IMG/VR virus record: IMGVR_UViG_2765236019_000001
Location: 11,054-75,053 of that record
Reading direction: 5' to 3' (one strand)
Length of the DNA stretch: 64,000 nucleotides
DNA from: a virus
Lineage: Duplodnaviria; Caudoviricetes
Made by a program: the position numbers and the translations under genes. Under the pieces are notes generated by a model. It saw only the letters and a list, made by a program, of their open reading frames with translations, was not told the origin of the DNA and made no database searches. Position 1 is the first letter of the stretch; every line of letters begins with the position of its first letter. This document shows positions 17,718-27,003 of the stretch, piece after piece.

Positions 17718-18957
17718 CGTCACCTCCCTGCCCGTACCCGAAATCGACCTTGGCCTCCTGGAAAGTTGACGTCTCGTAATCCCACACGAGAAGGAATTCA
17801 TCGTTGGGACAATTTCTGGAGGCCATGATCTTGAGCTTGGACTCCTTTGGGACGTCGGTGGCTTCCACACCGATCAGCACGTCACAGTCCTGCTCGAAGG
17901 CGCTGGTGTAACCGACGCTGCCTGCGGACAGACCGCCAGCGCCCAGCTTCGAGCGGAGGGACTGTGTGGTGACGATGACGGGGATCCCGCAAGCTCGCGC
18001 GAGTTGCTTGCTCCCACGACTGATGTTGGTGAGCGCCGAGTTCGTCATCTTCTCCCCCGTGATTTCATCGCGGAGAAAATAGATACCGTCGATGAGAACC
18101 ACATCGGGCTTGACATCGTCGATCTTTGCCTGGATGGAGCCAAGGGTTGTGGTGGCCTTGACGTCCTCAGAGATGACGAAAGGTGTGGCGGCCTCTTCCA
18201 TCTTGCGGATGGCTTTCTCCAGCCGCTTGAATTCGAGCTTGTCCAGGTCGCCGGACCGGAGCTTGGTCAAGGAAACCTTCGCCGCAATGGCGTCAACACG
18301 CTCGCTCAGCTCGGAGGCGATCATCTCGAAGGAGAAGACGAGCACCGTGTAGCCCAACGCGTTGATGTGCTGGGCCACCGTGATGGCGAGCTGCGTTTTG
18401 CCGGACTTCGCAAGACCGGTGAAAACGATGAGCTGACCAGGCTGAAGTCCCCCAGTGGCCTTGTCCAGCAAGTCGAAACCGGTGGGCAGCCCGCGGAGTT
18501 CGCCGTCGAGTTCCGCGTACTGCTGGTAGCGCTCCAGGCGCTCGTCGCCGGTCTGGGCCAAGTCGTAGTCGACGCCGGACGGCACGTCGTCCGCGATTGT
18601 CTGGAGCATCTCCCGGACCAGGCGCAGCGCTTCCTCGGTGTTGCCCTCCTCCCATGTCTCCGCGGCGAGGGTGAGGCCCTTCTCTGTGAGGGCGCGTCTC
18701 TTCGTCTCGCGGATGGAGTCGATCAGATACGCCAGTGGCTCTTCAACTTCAAGAAGCTTGAAGGTGGGGAAGTCCTTGCGCAGCACATCGGCCGTCGGGG
18801 CACAGCCGTATTCCTGTTGGTAGGCGAGCAGAGAAGCATAGACGCTTCGGCGATCGGGGTCGTGGAAGTGTCGGGGCTTGATACCTGCGGCGATGGCGCT
18901 GCGCAGGTCGCCGCAGGTAATGATTTTGGATATGAGCTTGTGCTCGACGTGCGCCAA
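17680..18957 (-). CDS. dnaB: DnaB-like replicative helicase
   Basis: PTGF..LD..TGGLQPG, GLAKSGKT, SFEM, IDG, EQDCD; TTG start inferred. Confidence 0.92.
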   Translation of the reverse strand: MAHVEHKLISKIITCGDLRSAIAAGIKPRHFHDPDRRSVYASLLAYQQEYGCAPTADVLRKDFPTFKLLEVEEPLAYLIDSIRETKRRALTEKGLTLAAETWEEGNTEEALRLVREMLQTIADDVPSGVDYDLAQTGDERLERYQQYAELDGELRGLPTGFDLLDKATGGLQPGQLIVFTGLAKSGKTQLAITVAQHINALGYTVLVFSFEMIASELSERVDAIAAKVSLTKLRSGDLDKLEFKRLEKAIRKMEEAATPFVISEDVKATTTLGSIQAKIDDVKPDVVLIDGIYFLRDEITGEKMTNSALTNISRGSKQLARACGIPVIVTTQSLRSKLGAGGLSAGSVGYTSAFEQDCDVLIGVEATDVPKESKLKIMASRNCPNDEFLLVWDYETSTFQEAKVDFGYGQGGDDGADEWFDRQAA

Positions 18958-18991
18958 GGCTGTCCGTCCGATGTGGTGGTCCGCTGTGAGT

Positions 18992-19657
18992 TCAGGTGCT
19001 TGCGGCGCGGTAGTCCGGGCCGCTGACGTAGACGATGTCGAACGCCTCCATGGCGAAGGAGGCGGTCGACTCGTCGTACACGGCGGCCCATTCGCCACCG
19101 CGCAGATTCGTGGTGATGATGGTCGGCAGCATGGCGTCGTGCCGGTGGCGCAGCAGAGTAGTGACCTGCTGCGCGGCATAGCCGGATGCGGTGCGGTGCT
19201 CCTTGCCGACGTCGTCGAGGACGAGCAGTGGCACGGTGTAGAGGCGCGTTTCGAGTTCGGCGAACCGCTCAGTCTCCGCGATGGCGGCCTCGCCGCCGAG
19301 GCCCTTGTCCACCTTGTTGTGCAGGGTGAAACTCTTGGTCTTGGACTGGACGTAGTCGGAGAAGCGGATGAAGTGTCCATCGACTTGGTACTTGCGGCAG
19401 ATGGAGACCAGTGCCGCGCATGCCTGTGTTGTTTTGCCTCGGCCGGGCTCGCCCGAGAGCATCACGCCTCTGCCGAGTCGGGACCGGTCGCTGGGGAATT
19501 GGTGGAGCGGGGTGTCCTGGGGGATGTGGCGGTTGGGCCAGTCGAGGTGGAGGTCGATCAGTTCCTGGAACGGTTCGTCGAGGTCGCCGAGCCTGATTCC
19601 CCACGTACGGCCGGGCAGGCCCATCTGCCGCCAGTAGTAGGAGGAGTTGACGGTCAT
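18992..19657 (-). CDS. DnaC/IstB-like helicase-loader ATPase
   Basis: GEPGRGKT, LVLDDVGKE, R....PTIITTN. Confidence 0.88.
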   Translation of the reverse strand: MTVNSSYYWRQMGLPGRTWGIRLGDLDEPFQELIDLHLDWPNRHIPQDTPLHQFPSDRSRLGRGVMLSGEPGRGKTTQACAALVSICRKYQVDGHFIRFSDYVQSKTKSFTLHNKVDKGLGGEAAIAETERFAELETRLYTVPLLVLDDVGKEHRTASGYAAQQVTTLLRHRHDAMLPTIITTNLRGGEWAAVYDESTASFAMEAFDIVYVSGPDYRAAST

Positions 19658-20202
19658 CACCGCCTCACCGCCGCGGCCCACGGGTCGGGCGTTGTCGGGT
19701 GGTAGCCGCCCCAGTTCTCGGTGATTTCCCGTGGGATGTCCAGCTGCTCAGCGGTTGCCCACGGGTCCGCCCTCGGCGGGGGCGCGGCTTGGGCCAGGAG
19801 GTCGTTGATGACAGCCCGGTAGAGGGTCCACGGCCTCTTCGCGGTGTGGTAGCGGGGGTTCGCAAAGAACTGGTCGATGCTGGCTTTGAGGGCGGCCGGG
19901 CCATGCCCGGCGTCGAATGCCTCGCGGAAGGTCTTGCCGAGCCCGCCTCGGTTGGTGTGGCCGATGAGGTGGTCGGCCCAGCGCGCCCGGGAGATGCACC
20001 GCGTCCAGTGGTTGACGAGGTCGTTGACCCCCCAGTCCTCCACCGGGCGTGCCAGGCCCTTCGTCGACTGGGTGTCTGCTGGCTCCGAAGGATTCCACAG
20101 GGTGTCCTGTACGGCCTGCATTGGGTTCAGGTCGTCATCGTCACGCTGTATTTTGCGGGGCGGTTTCTTCTCCAGTCGACGTGGCTGCCAGGAGCTGGTC
20201 AA
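19657..20202 (-). CDS. Hypothetical protein, possible replication initiator
   Basis: TTG after GAGGGAGG; immediately upstream of loader and helicase. Confidence 0.55.
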   Translation of the reverse strand: MTSSWQPRRLEKKPPRKIQRDDDDLNPMQAVQDTLWNPSEPADTQSTKGLARPVEDWGVNDLVNHWTRCISRARWADHLIGHTNRGGLGKTFREAFDAGHGPAALKASIDQFFANPRYHTAKRPWTLYRAVINDLLAQAAPPPRADPWATAEQLDIPREITENWGGYHPTTPDPWAAAVRR

Positions 20203-20573
20203 CGGTGCCTCCCTCTCTGCTGTGCGGTTTTGCGCGCTCCGCACACTACGCAAGGGATGAGAAACTCCTCAACAGGTGACCATCTTTTTGAGGGTAGTTG
20301 GTATACGTTCCCTCGCGAGCCGCTAGGCGAGTCGATAGGGGCGTAGCCCCTTGAGGGCTTCGCCCATCCTTCGCAAGCTCAGGAGCGATAGAAGAGGGAG
20401 GGTTCGGCTCCCGCGCAGTGGGTGATGGCCAAAGAAACACTGGGCCCATTGATTTCATTCCGTCGCGAAAAGTGACGCGCATCACACCAACTGCGGTGTT
20501 GTTTGTTGGTACGCAGCACGACGCTTGGCGCAATCACGTTTTCGAGAAGGGGGACCTTATTCTGGCCCGGTAA

Positions 20574-20617
20574 GCAAAAGAACCTCGGCTACCTCTCCCC
20601 GGCCGAGGTTCTTTTGC
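20574..20617. terminator. Bidirectional-type terminator
   Basis: GCAAAAGAACCTCGGC...GCCGAGGTTCTTTTGC. Confidence 0.8.
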
Positions 20618-20624
20618 TATGCGT

Positions 20625-21653
20625 CTAACCCCTGTTGGGCTGATACTTGACCCACTTTCCCTTCGCGTGATCCATCACAATGTCGTGGATCTCCACGCCC
20701 TTACGCGGGCGCCCCTTAAGGGGGAGGTACTCCTCCAGCTCCTCGTTGTACCAGCCACGGCGTACCTCAACATCCGGTTCCGCGCCCGGTGCCTCCGCAG
20801 GGGAAGCCTTCGGGTCCGCTGCTGCATCGGCGTCAGGCTCCGCACTGCGCAGGGCCACCTTTATCTCGTAAAGTGCGTCGCGCTCCGCAGTGAGGTCTGC
20901 GGAGAGTGTGCTGTCCACGGTGATGAGGACGCTCTCGACGACCTCGGTGAGACGGCGCAGCAGCGGTATCAACTCCCCGGTAGCTGGGTCGCCTGCGGCG
21001 TGCGGCGCTTGTGAGCGGTGTGCCTCTGCGATGTCCGCGTCAATGTCCGGCGCGGCTTCCCCCGCAGACTTGCGCGTCGTAGGCATCAGGTCCTTGCCCT
21101 CTTCGGCAGGGGCGTCGTCTTCCTGGCTGGCGATCATGCGCTCGGCGGCGGCCTGTACCGGGTAGGGCATGAGAGCACATCCGAGGTCCAGCGTTTCGAT
21201 TCCCGCCGTCGAGGCCGCGGTGATGAGTTCGTCGCACCCTGCGTTTGTGCCTTCGCCTCCGTTGGTGTCGGTCAGGATGAGCAGCGTCCGGTCGCCCTCC
21301 TGCTCACGGAGGTATGCGAGCATCTCCGCGTAAATCTCTTCGATGCCCTGGGATGCCTGCGCCTGTTCCGCATTTTCTACGATGAGCTTCACTCCCCGGT
21401 CATCGGTGTGGTTCTCCGCGTAGATAGTGGTGTAGTCGATGTTCGCGCGGCCTGTCCAGTTGTATACGTGCTGGAGCGTCCTCGAAATAAGGTCAGGGTG
21501 AGCCGGGAAAACGAAATGCGTATCCCGTGCGCGCTGGGTGGGTACGAACTTCTCGCCGCTTTCTTCGTAGCCAAGCCAGTCGGTCAGTAGGTCGTAGACG
21601 GCCGCCTTGCTGATGGCTCCGGTTCCGGCGATGGCCACAGTGCGCTGAGTCAT
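20625..21653 (-). CDS. Acidic hypothetical protein with Rossmann-like N-terminus
   Basis: 342 aa, AGGAG RBS, upstream TAAAAT, downstream terminator. Confidence 0.75.
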   Translation of the reverse strand: MTQRTVAIAGTGAISKAAVYDLLTDWLGYEESGEKFVPTQRARDTHFVFPAHPDLISRTLQHVYNWTGRANIDYTTIYAENHTDDRGVKLIVENAEQAQASQGIEEIYAEMLAYLREQEGDRTLLILTDTNGGEGTNAGCDELITAASTAGIETLDLGCALMPYPVQAAAERMIASQEDDAPAEEGKDLMPTTRKSAGEAAPDIDADIAEAHRSQAPHAAGDPATGELIPLLRRLTEVVESVLITVDSTLSADLTAERDALYEIKVALRSAEPDADAAADPKASPAEAPGAEPDVEVRRGWYNEELEEYLPLKGRPRKGVEIHDIVMDHAKGKWVKYQPNRG

Positions 21654-21742
21654 GCTGCTCCTGAGTCAGAGGGAAAGCTCCACCCTGGATTTTATGCCTT
21701 CCTCCGCGATATCTTCTCAATTTTTAAGGGACGATCTGATGC

Positions 21743-23437
21743 TTATGCCTGTGGTGCACTGGCGTAGCGCAGGTCGTACGGTGTGCCGTGCTCGATGTGA
21801 TCGCCGAGGACCTCGGCCAGTCGACGCTGGAGTGTGCGGCGCTCGCGGTAGTAATGCGACCGGGCGTGCTCGGTGACATCCCAGTCCTCCCACAGGTAAT
21901 CCGGGTTCTGGCCGCTGCCGTCGAAGTACGGGCGCAGCACGTCGCCCTCCTCCAGGAGCACGTCATCGAGGTAGAAGGAGCAGACGGCGCCACTGTGGTA
22001 CGTCTCAGGGTCAGGGCCCACCCACGCGGACACCCAGCGGTGCACGCCAGGCGGTGGGGTGAATATGTGGGAGATCCTGACCCAGTCGCCCTCCGTTCTT
22101 CCACGTGTCTGGCGCGCTTCCGCCGTGGATTCGCCCGGGTAGATCTCGCGCACCAGCCCCTTGCCAGGCACGTGAGTTGTGATTTCCACCCAGAGGCGGA
22201 CAGGCACCGTGCTCTGCGGCTGTTCGGCGACGTACGCGGACAGGGTGTGTGGACGCCCCATGGTGATGATCTCCAGGGGGGTGGCGGCTGCTTGGGAGCT
22301 GGCGCTGGTGCCCAGTCCGATACGTGTGCCGGGCGCGGGCGGGTCGGTCGGGGACGCCGTCGCGGCGAAGCTCGCTGCGCCCGGCCGTGCTCGGCCGGTG
22401 GAGGACTGGATGGTGACTGTGCCTGGCTGGGTGCCTGGGAGGTAGGTGAGCCAGCCTGCGGCGTCGTTGGTGAGGGAGGGGTTGCGGGCGAGGTTGACGC
22501 GGTTGGCCCGCAGGTTGATCGTCAGGTGGCGGGCGGCCTGGTATGGCTCGGCGGGGCGGTTTGTTCGCAGGGTCTGGTAGCGAAGGCCGAACGCGTCGCA
22601 GTGGAAGGGCTGCGTGGTTTGCAGGCGGATGGTGACTGCGGCGTAGCGGGCGTTCGCCGGGGGTGTGGCAGTTCCTTGGTACGACGACCAGGCCCAGGCG
22701 CCGTTGGTGGTGAAGGTGGTGACGGTGCTGGTGCTGAGCAATGCCTGATCGGCGCCGTAGAAGTGGACCAGCAGCTCGCCTGGGGTGGGTGACTCCGTGG
22801 CGACGGAGCCGTTGGCGATCAGGGAGCTGTTGGTGGTCTCCAGGCGTGCCAGGGCTGCCGCGGTGGGTTGCGGCCCGGCCCAGGGTGCCTCAGTCGTCGG
22901 CTCGCACCTGAGACTGCGTGCGCCGACCAGGGCGCGGTCGGTTGACAGGGCTGTGCGGCACGTCGGGCCGCTGTAGCAGCAGGAGGTGAGCTGGTAGGCG
23001 GCGTCGCGGGGCAGGATGTTGACGGCGTTCTGCCGGGTGACCATCGCCGATCCCACCTGTATCTGTGCTCCTTGGGCGAGGGCGGGCAGTCTCAGGCGCA
23101 CCTCGGCGTAGCGTGCGGCCGGGTAGGCGCTGTTTGCGGCGGGCACGGTGGTGGTGAGGGAGGCTCGCCGCCAGCCGTTGTTGGTGTCGGTGACTGCTGC
23201 GTTGATGACTTGGAGCGCTGCGGGGTCCATGCGGGCCGTGCGGACGGTCTCGGCGGTGGTGTTGTACTGGGCGATGCCGAGGTCGCTGTACGAGGCGCCA
23301 GGCCCTCCGGAGGCGACGAGAGCCGATCCGCTGATGGGTGCGATCAACGTGCCCTCTAAATCGTTTGTGCGGGAGGCGAGTCGGGCGGTGGCATGGGGCT
23401 GGAGCAGGGCCTGGTCGGTGATGGGCATGGTCGTCAT
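21743..23437 (-). CDS. Tail/baseplate protein with carbohydrate-binding-like beta-sandwich domains
   Basis: NLARNPS, TLSAYV, W.RIS, YLDDVLLEEG..PYFDG motifs typical of actinophage minor tail proteins. Confidence 0.75.
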   Translation of the reverse strand: MTTMPITDQALLQPHATARLASRTNDLEGTLIAPISGSALVASGGPGASYSDLGIAQYNTTAETVRTARMDPAALQVINAAVTDTNNGWRRASLTTTVPAANSAYPAARYAEVRLRLPALAQGAQIQVGSAMVTRQNAVNILPRDAAYQLTSCCYSGPTCRTALSTDRALVGARSLRCEPTTEAPWAGPQPTAAALARLETTNSSLIANGSVATESPTPGELLVHFYGADQALLSTSTVTTFTTNGAWAWSSYQGTATPPANARYAAVTIRLQTTQPFHCDAFGLRYQTLRTNRPAEPYQAARHLTINLRANRVNLARNPSLTNDAAGWLTYLPGTQPGTVTIQSSTGRARPGAASFAATASPTDPPAPGTRIGLGTSASSQAAATPLEIITMGRPHTLSAYVAEQPQSTVPVRLWVEITTHVPGKGLVREIYPGESTAEARQTRGRTEGDWVRISHIFTPPPGVHRWVSAWVGPDPETYHSGAVCSFYLDDVLLEEGDVLRPYFDGSGQNPDYLWEDWDVTEHARSHYYRERRTLQRRLAEVLGDHIEHGTPYDLRYASAPQA

Positions 23438-23440
23438 CAG

Positions 23441-26167
23441 CTACCTCTTGATCTCGGCGAGGCCCACGTAGCTGCCCGTCGTCTGGGGGGCGGAGGGGTA
23501 GGTGTAGCGCGCCAGGTCAGTGGTGTTGAAGTCGTCGTTGTTGGCCTTTTTGACGACGATCAGGCGGTCGCCGTCGTAGGTGAGGATCAGGCGGTCGCCG
23601 TCTGCGAGCGGTGGGTAGGTGGCCAGCTGGTCGGCCTGGTAGCCGCCATCGGTCTTGCGGATGCGGTAGAGGCCGTCGCGCGCTGCGATGGTGAAGTCGC
23701 CGCCGTTGCTGGTGGCGTGCACGGCCAGGCCGTGCAGGGCGCTGGGGTCGGTGGGCCGGGACAGGACGGTGACTGCGAGGCTGACGGGTCCGGTGGGCTG
23801 GGGGGTGAGGGCGGTGGTCAGGTAGGTGCCATCTGGTGCAGGAGCGGGGGTGGTACTCAAAATGCCTGCCGCGACTGACCACGTACCTCCGCGTGTTGTC
23901 CACTTCTGGGCGGAGGTGCCGACAGAGGTTCCTGCCAGGTCGTTGAGGTCGACATCGAACGGGTCTCGAAGGGCCGCGGTTGTTGCTGCGGTGGCGGTGA
24001 GCTGGGGAAGGGGGCGTCCGGTGGAGTCGTACCACCCGATTTCGCAGGCCAGGTTGCTGATTGTGGTGCCGCCCGCATAGCGGGCGTGTACGGCAGCGGT
24101 AATCAGCTCCGTAGCTGCTCCTGCGAATGCCCAACTTCCCTGGTCGCTCCCCGAGTTCGCGGGCTGCTCGCCTTGGTTTGCGGTGATGGCCTCGTAGCGG
24201 GCGCGCCCGTGCGCGACGATCTCTCCAGGCTGGTAGAGGCGGTCCGGCGTCCAGGCAGAGACGCGAGGAAGAGGCACTCCGGCGGAGGCCACGAGCGCCG
24301 GGTCGGGGACGCCTTGGTCGGTGGCCAGCGACGGCCGCCAGTAGTCCTTGGCCTGGCCCGGCGCCTGCCCGGAGGAGGCGGTGGCCACCGCCTCCCAGGT
24401 GCGTCCCTGGTAGGTGACCAGGTGGCCGACGCGGTAGACGGTGGCCGCGTCCCAGGGGCGAGCCTGCGCGGGGGCGATCGAGGCGAGGGTGTAGGAGGCG
24501 GCTCGTGGCGCGGTGGCGGCGAGTGCGGTCGTGGCGTACTGGCTGTGTGGCCCATCAGGTGGGGTGATGCCGCTTTGGCTGCCCAGCGTTCCAGGCACGG
24601 TCCGGGCCGCTGTGTCGTCTGCTCGCAGCCACCAGGTGGAGGGGTCGAGTGTGGCCGGGGTCGTCTCCAGTCCCCAGTCACGTGGTGGCGCGCTGACCTC
24701 CTCCCAGAAGATGCCGCTGTCTGGGTGTCCGGCAGGAGGCACCGGCGACAGACGCTGGTCGGTCGGTGTCAGGCTCAGGGTGTTGATGCCCAGTTGCCAG
24801 CCGCTGGAGGCGACGTTGGCGCCGCTGACGGCGATGCGGATGGCGTGGTCTCCGGCGGCGAGCTGGCGGCGGCCCAGTGTGGCGGTGGCGGTGGACTGGG
24901 TGCGTGCGTAGCCGTCGATCGTGCGCAGCGTTTCGCCGTCGATGGCGATGGTCCAGATGCCGTAGCTCGGAGCGGTGGTGTACACCAGGGCGATGTCGTA
25001 GGTGGCGGCGGTGTCGACGGTCAGCTTGAGGGTGAACGCGTCGCCGTTCTTGAGGTTCCTGCCCAGGACTCGCGTGCCGAGCTTGTCTGTCTCAGCCACG
25101 ACTGTGCCTTGTGTCTGGGTAGTTGTGGGCGGCAGCAGGCTGGTGGCGGGGATGCGTCGGGCGGAGGAGCGGGCGCGGAAGGTGCGGCCTCCGTAGGTGA
25201 CGTACTCCCCCGCTGCGTAGCGCACGCCCGCAGACCAGGAGGGCAGCGCCGGATGCCACATGCCTGACTGGTCCTGGTCTGCCATGAGGTTGGGGCTGGT
25301 GTGGATATCGCAGTCCCAACCCGTCAGGTCGTGGATGAGCTGCCGCAGGCCCGCGTCGGTGCCCTTCGCCCGCGCGGCACGGCTGGCGTTCTCGACTCGG
25401 GCACGACGGAGCTGGGGCCGGGCAGACAGCGGTTGCTCCAGGCCGAGCATGTCGGCAGCACGCTCGGTGTAGGTGCTGGAGGTGGTGTGCTGGTCGTGGA
25501 GCCTGGTTGCGAGGTCGATACGGCCTTTGGCGGTGTCCAGCGGCTGGCCGAGCACGGTGAGGAACGCGGTGAGGTCCTCGTTGGTGCCGCTGTTCTCCGT
25601 GGTGATCTCCTGGGGCGCGGTGCGGTACGCGGGCGGCAGGAGGGAGTACATCCGCTGCGCGTAGCGGTGGTCGGCGACGGAGAGTCCTGCTGCGGCACCG
25701 GCTCGGACCCATTCCAGTGTGTTGGTGGTGGCCCGCCAGTCCTGTGATGCGCTGGAGGGTGCGCTGCCGCTGGTGGGGCGCTGGCAGAGGTAGGTGGTGC
25801 CGTTGTAGGTGACGCAGTCGCCGACGCGGTAGGAGGCGGCGGCCGACCAGGCTGGGTAGGGCACGGAGACGTACAGCGCGTAGTAGTACAGGCGGTCGGG
25901 CAGCAGATCGGTGTCCAGGTAGGTGGTCACCAGGCCCTCGTGTCCGGTTTCGTAGAGCACCGTTCCGTCGTCTGCGTCGCCGGGCACGCCGAAAGTGTTG
26001 CGGACCAGCCGGAGCCGGGTCCAGGAGTCCTCCCGTGACGGGGACCAGGTGACCTGGATTTGACAGGGGGCGACGGATTCTGCGGTGGCAGGCTCGACGC
26101 TGTACTCGACACGGACATCGGTGCCGTATTTGGACTGGGCGTAGAAATCGAGCCCGTACTGTGCCAT
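23441..26167 (-). CDS. Baseplate wedge/tail protein with four CBM5/12-like repeats and a CBM6/35-like domain
   Basis: MYSLLP..Y and AKGT..GL..L..GW (P2 gpI-like); repeated W...Y..G..V.Y.G..Y motifs. Confidence 0.82.
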   Translation of the reverse strand: MAQYGLDFYAQSKYGTDVRVEYSVEPATAESVAPCQIQVTWSPSREDSWTRLRLVRNTFGVPGDADDGTVLYETGHEGLVTTYLDTDLLPDRLYYYALYVSVPYPAWSAAASYRVGDCVTYNGTTYLCQRPTSGSAPSSASQDWRATTNTLEWVRAGAAAGLSVADHRYAQRMYSLLPPAYRTAPQEITTENSGTNEDLTAFLTVLGQPLDTAKGRIDLATRLHDQHTTSSTYTERAADMLGLEQPLSARPQLRRARVENASRAARAKGTDAGLRQLIHDLTGWDCDIHTSPNLMADQDQSGMWHPALPSWSAGVRYAAGEYVTYGGRTFRARSSARRIPATSLLPPTTTQTQGTVVAETDKLGTRVLGRNLKNGDAFTLKLTVDTAATYDIALVYTTAPSYGIWTIAIDGETLRTIDGYARTQSTATATLGRRQLAAGDHAIRIAVSGANVASSGWQLGINTLSLTPTDQRLSPVPPAGHPDSGIFWEEVSAPPRDWGLETTPATLDPSTWWLRADDTAARTVPGTLGSQSGITPPDGPHSQYATTALAATAPRAASYTLASIAPAQARPWDAATVYRVGHLVTYQGRTWEAVATASSGQAPGQAKDYWRPSLATDQGVPDPALVASAGVPLPRVSAWTPDRLYQPGEIVAHGRARYEAITANQGEQPANSGSDQGSWAFAGAATELITAAVHARYAGGTTISNLACEIGWYDSTGRPLPQLTATAATTAALRDPFDVDLNDLAGTSVGTSAQKWTTRGGTWSVAAGILSTTPAPAPDGTYLTTALTPQPTGPVSLAVTVLSRPTDPSALHGLAVHATSNGGDFTIAARDGLYRIRKTDGGYQADQLATYPPLADGDRLILTYDGDRLIVVKKANNDDFNTTDLARYTYPSAPQTTGSYVGLAEIKR

Positions 26168-26178
26168 GGAAGCTCCGG

Positions 26179-27003
26179 TCAGGGGGTCAAGGGATCGGCG
26201 TCCCAGTCCGGCCGGGTCACCATGTCCTGCGGCAGCGCCCGGATATAGGTGAACCCGGCCCAGGTGAACACGGTCTGCGGGCCGATCGGGTCGAACAGAT
26301 TGGCCGCCGGGATGCGCAGGTTGCCCATGTGCCGGATCTCCACCGACAGCTTCTCGCCCTGATACCAGGGCCCGGAGTACACGGGGTTGTTGCGGTGGTA
26401 TCCGTAGATGCCAAGCGGTGCCGAATCGCCGTCGGTGGCAACGTCCCTGGAAACGCCCTCGATGTTGACGCGGGTGTACATGGCATGGTCGGTTGATTTT
26501 GTCTGGGGCCGCTTGGCGGGCACCCACATCATCGTGCGCACCGAGATGATCCACCATCCGGTCTTGGGGCACGTCAGCGTGTACGTCGGCTGCTTAGCCA
26601 TCCCCAGCGGATCGATGACCGCCCGGTCGAAGAGGATGGGGTGCCAGTCCTCGACCGGATGATTGGGATTCCCCTGGTTCACCGTCTGCGGGATGCTGGT
26701 GCCCGAGCTGCGCAGAGAGCAAACCGGCAGGTTCCAGCCGGTCTTCGCGGCGTCGAGCAGTCCGTCCTGGTAGTAGCGCAGCCGCTCCTGTTCGCGTTGG
26801 ATGATGTCCAGGCGGGAGTCGACGGTGGTGTAGGAGACGGTGTTGCCGTTGGCGTCCAGGTATTCGGTGGGCATGACTCCGAGCGTGGAGCTGATGCCTG
26901 CTATCTCGTCCTGGATTTCGTTGACGTGCTCCGCCATGACGTAGTCGCGCTGATTGGCGTGCTGGGGCCACCTGCGGATGGCCTTCGGGTAGTGAGAGGG
27001 CAT
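26179..27003 (-). CDS. Minor tail/fibre protein
   Basis: AEHVNEIQDEI N-terminus; C1q-like C-terminal strands. Confidence 0.7.
   Translation of the reverse strand: MPSHYPKAIRRWPQHANQRDYVMAEHVNEIQDEIAGISSTLGVMPTEYLDANGNTVSYTTVDSRLDIIQREQERLRYYQDGLLDAAKTGWNLPVCSLRSSGTSIPQTVNQGNPNHPVEDWHPILFDRAVIDPLGMAKQPTYTLTCPKTGWWIISVRTMMWVPAKRPQTKSTDHAMYTRVNIEGVSRDVATDGDSAPLGIYGYHRNNPVYSGPWYQGEKLSVEIRHMGNLRIPAANLFDPIGPQTVFTWAGFTYIRALPQDMVTRPDWDADPLTP

Noticed and set aside
6606-18957. Inteins or introns in RecA, RNR, polymerase or DnaB
   Set aside because: Normal lengths, continuous motifs, no intein-like C...HN blocks
20543-20572. TACC right after the terminator as a motif copy
   Set aside because: Hexamer at N20 is TTCTCG, not a -10
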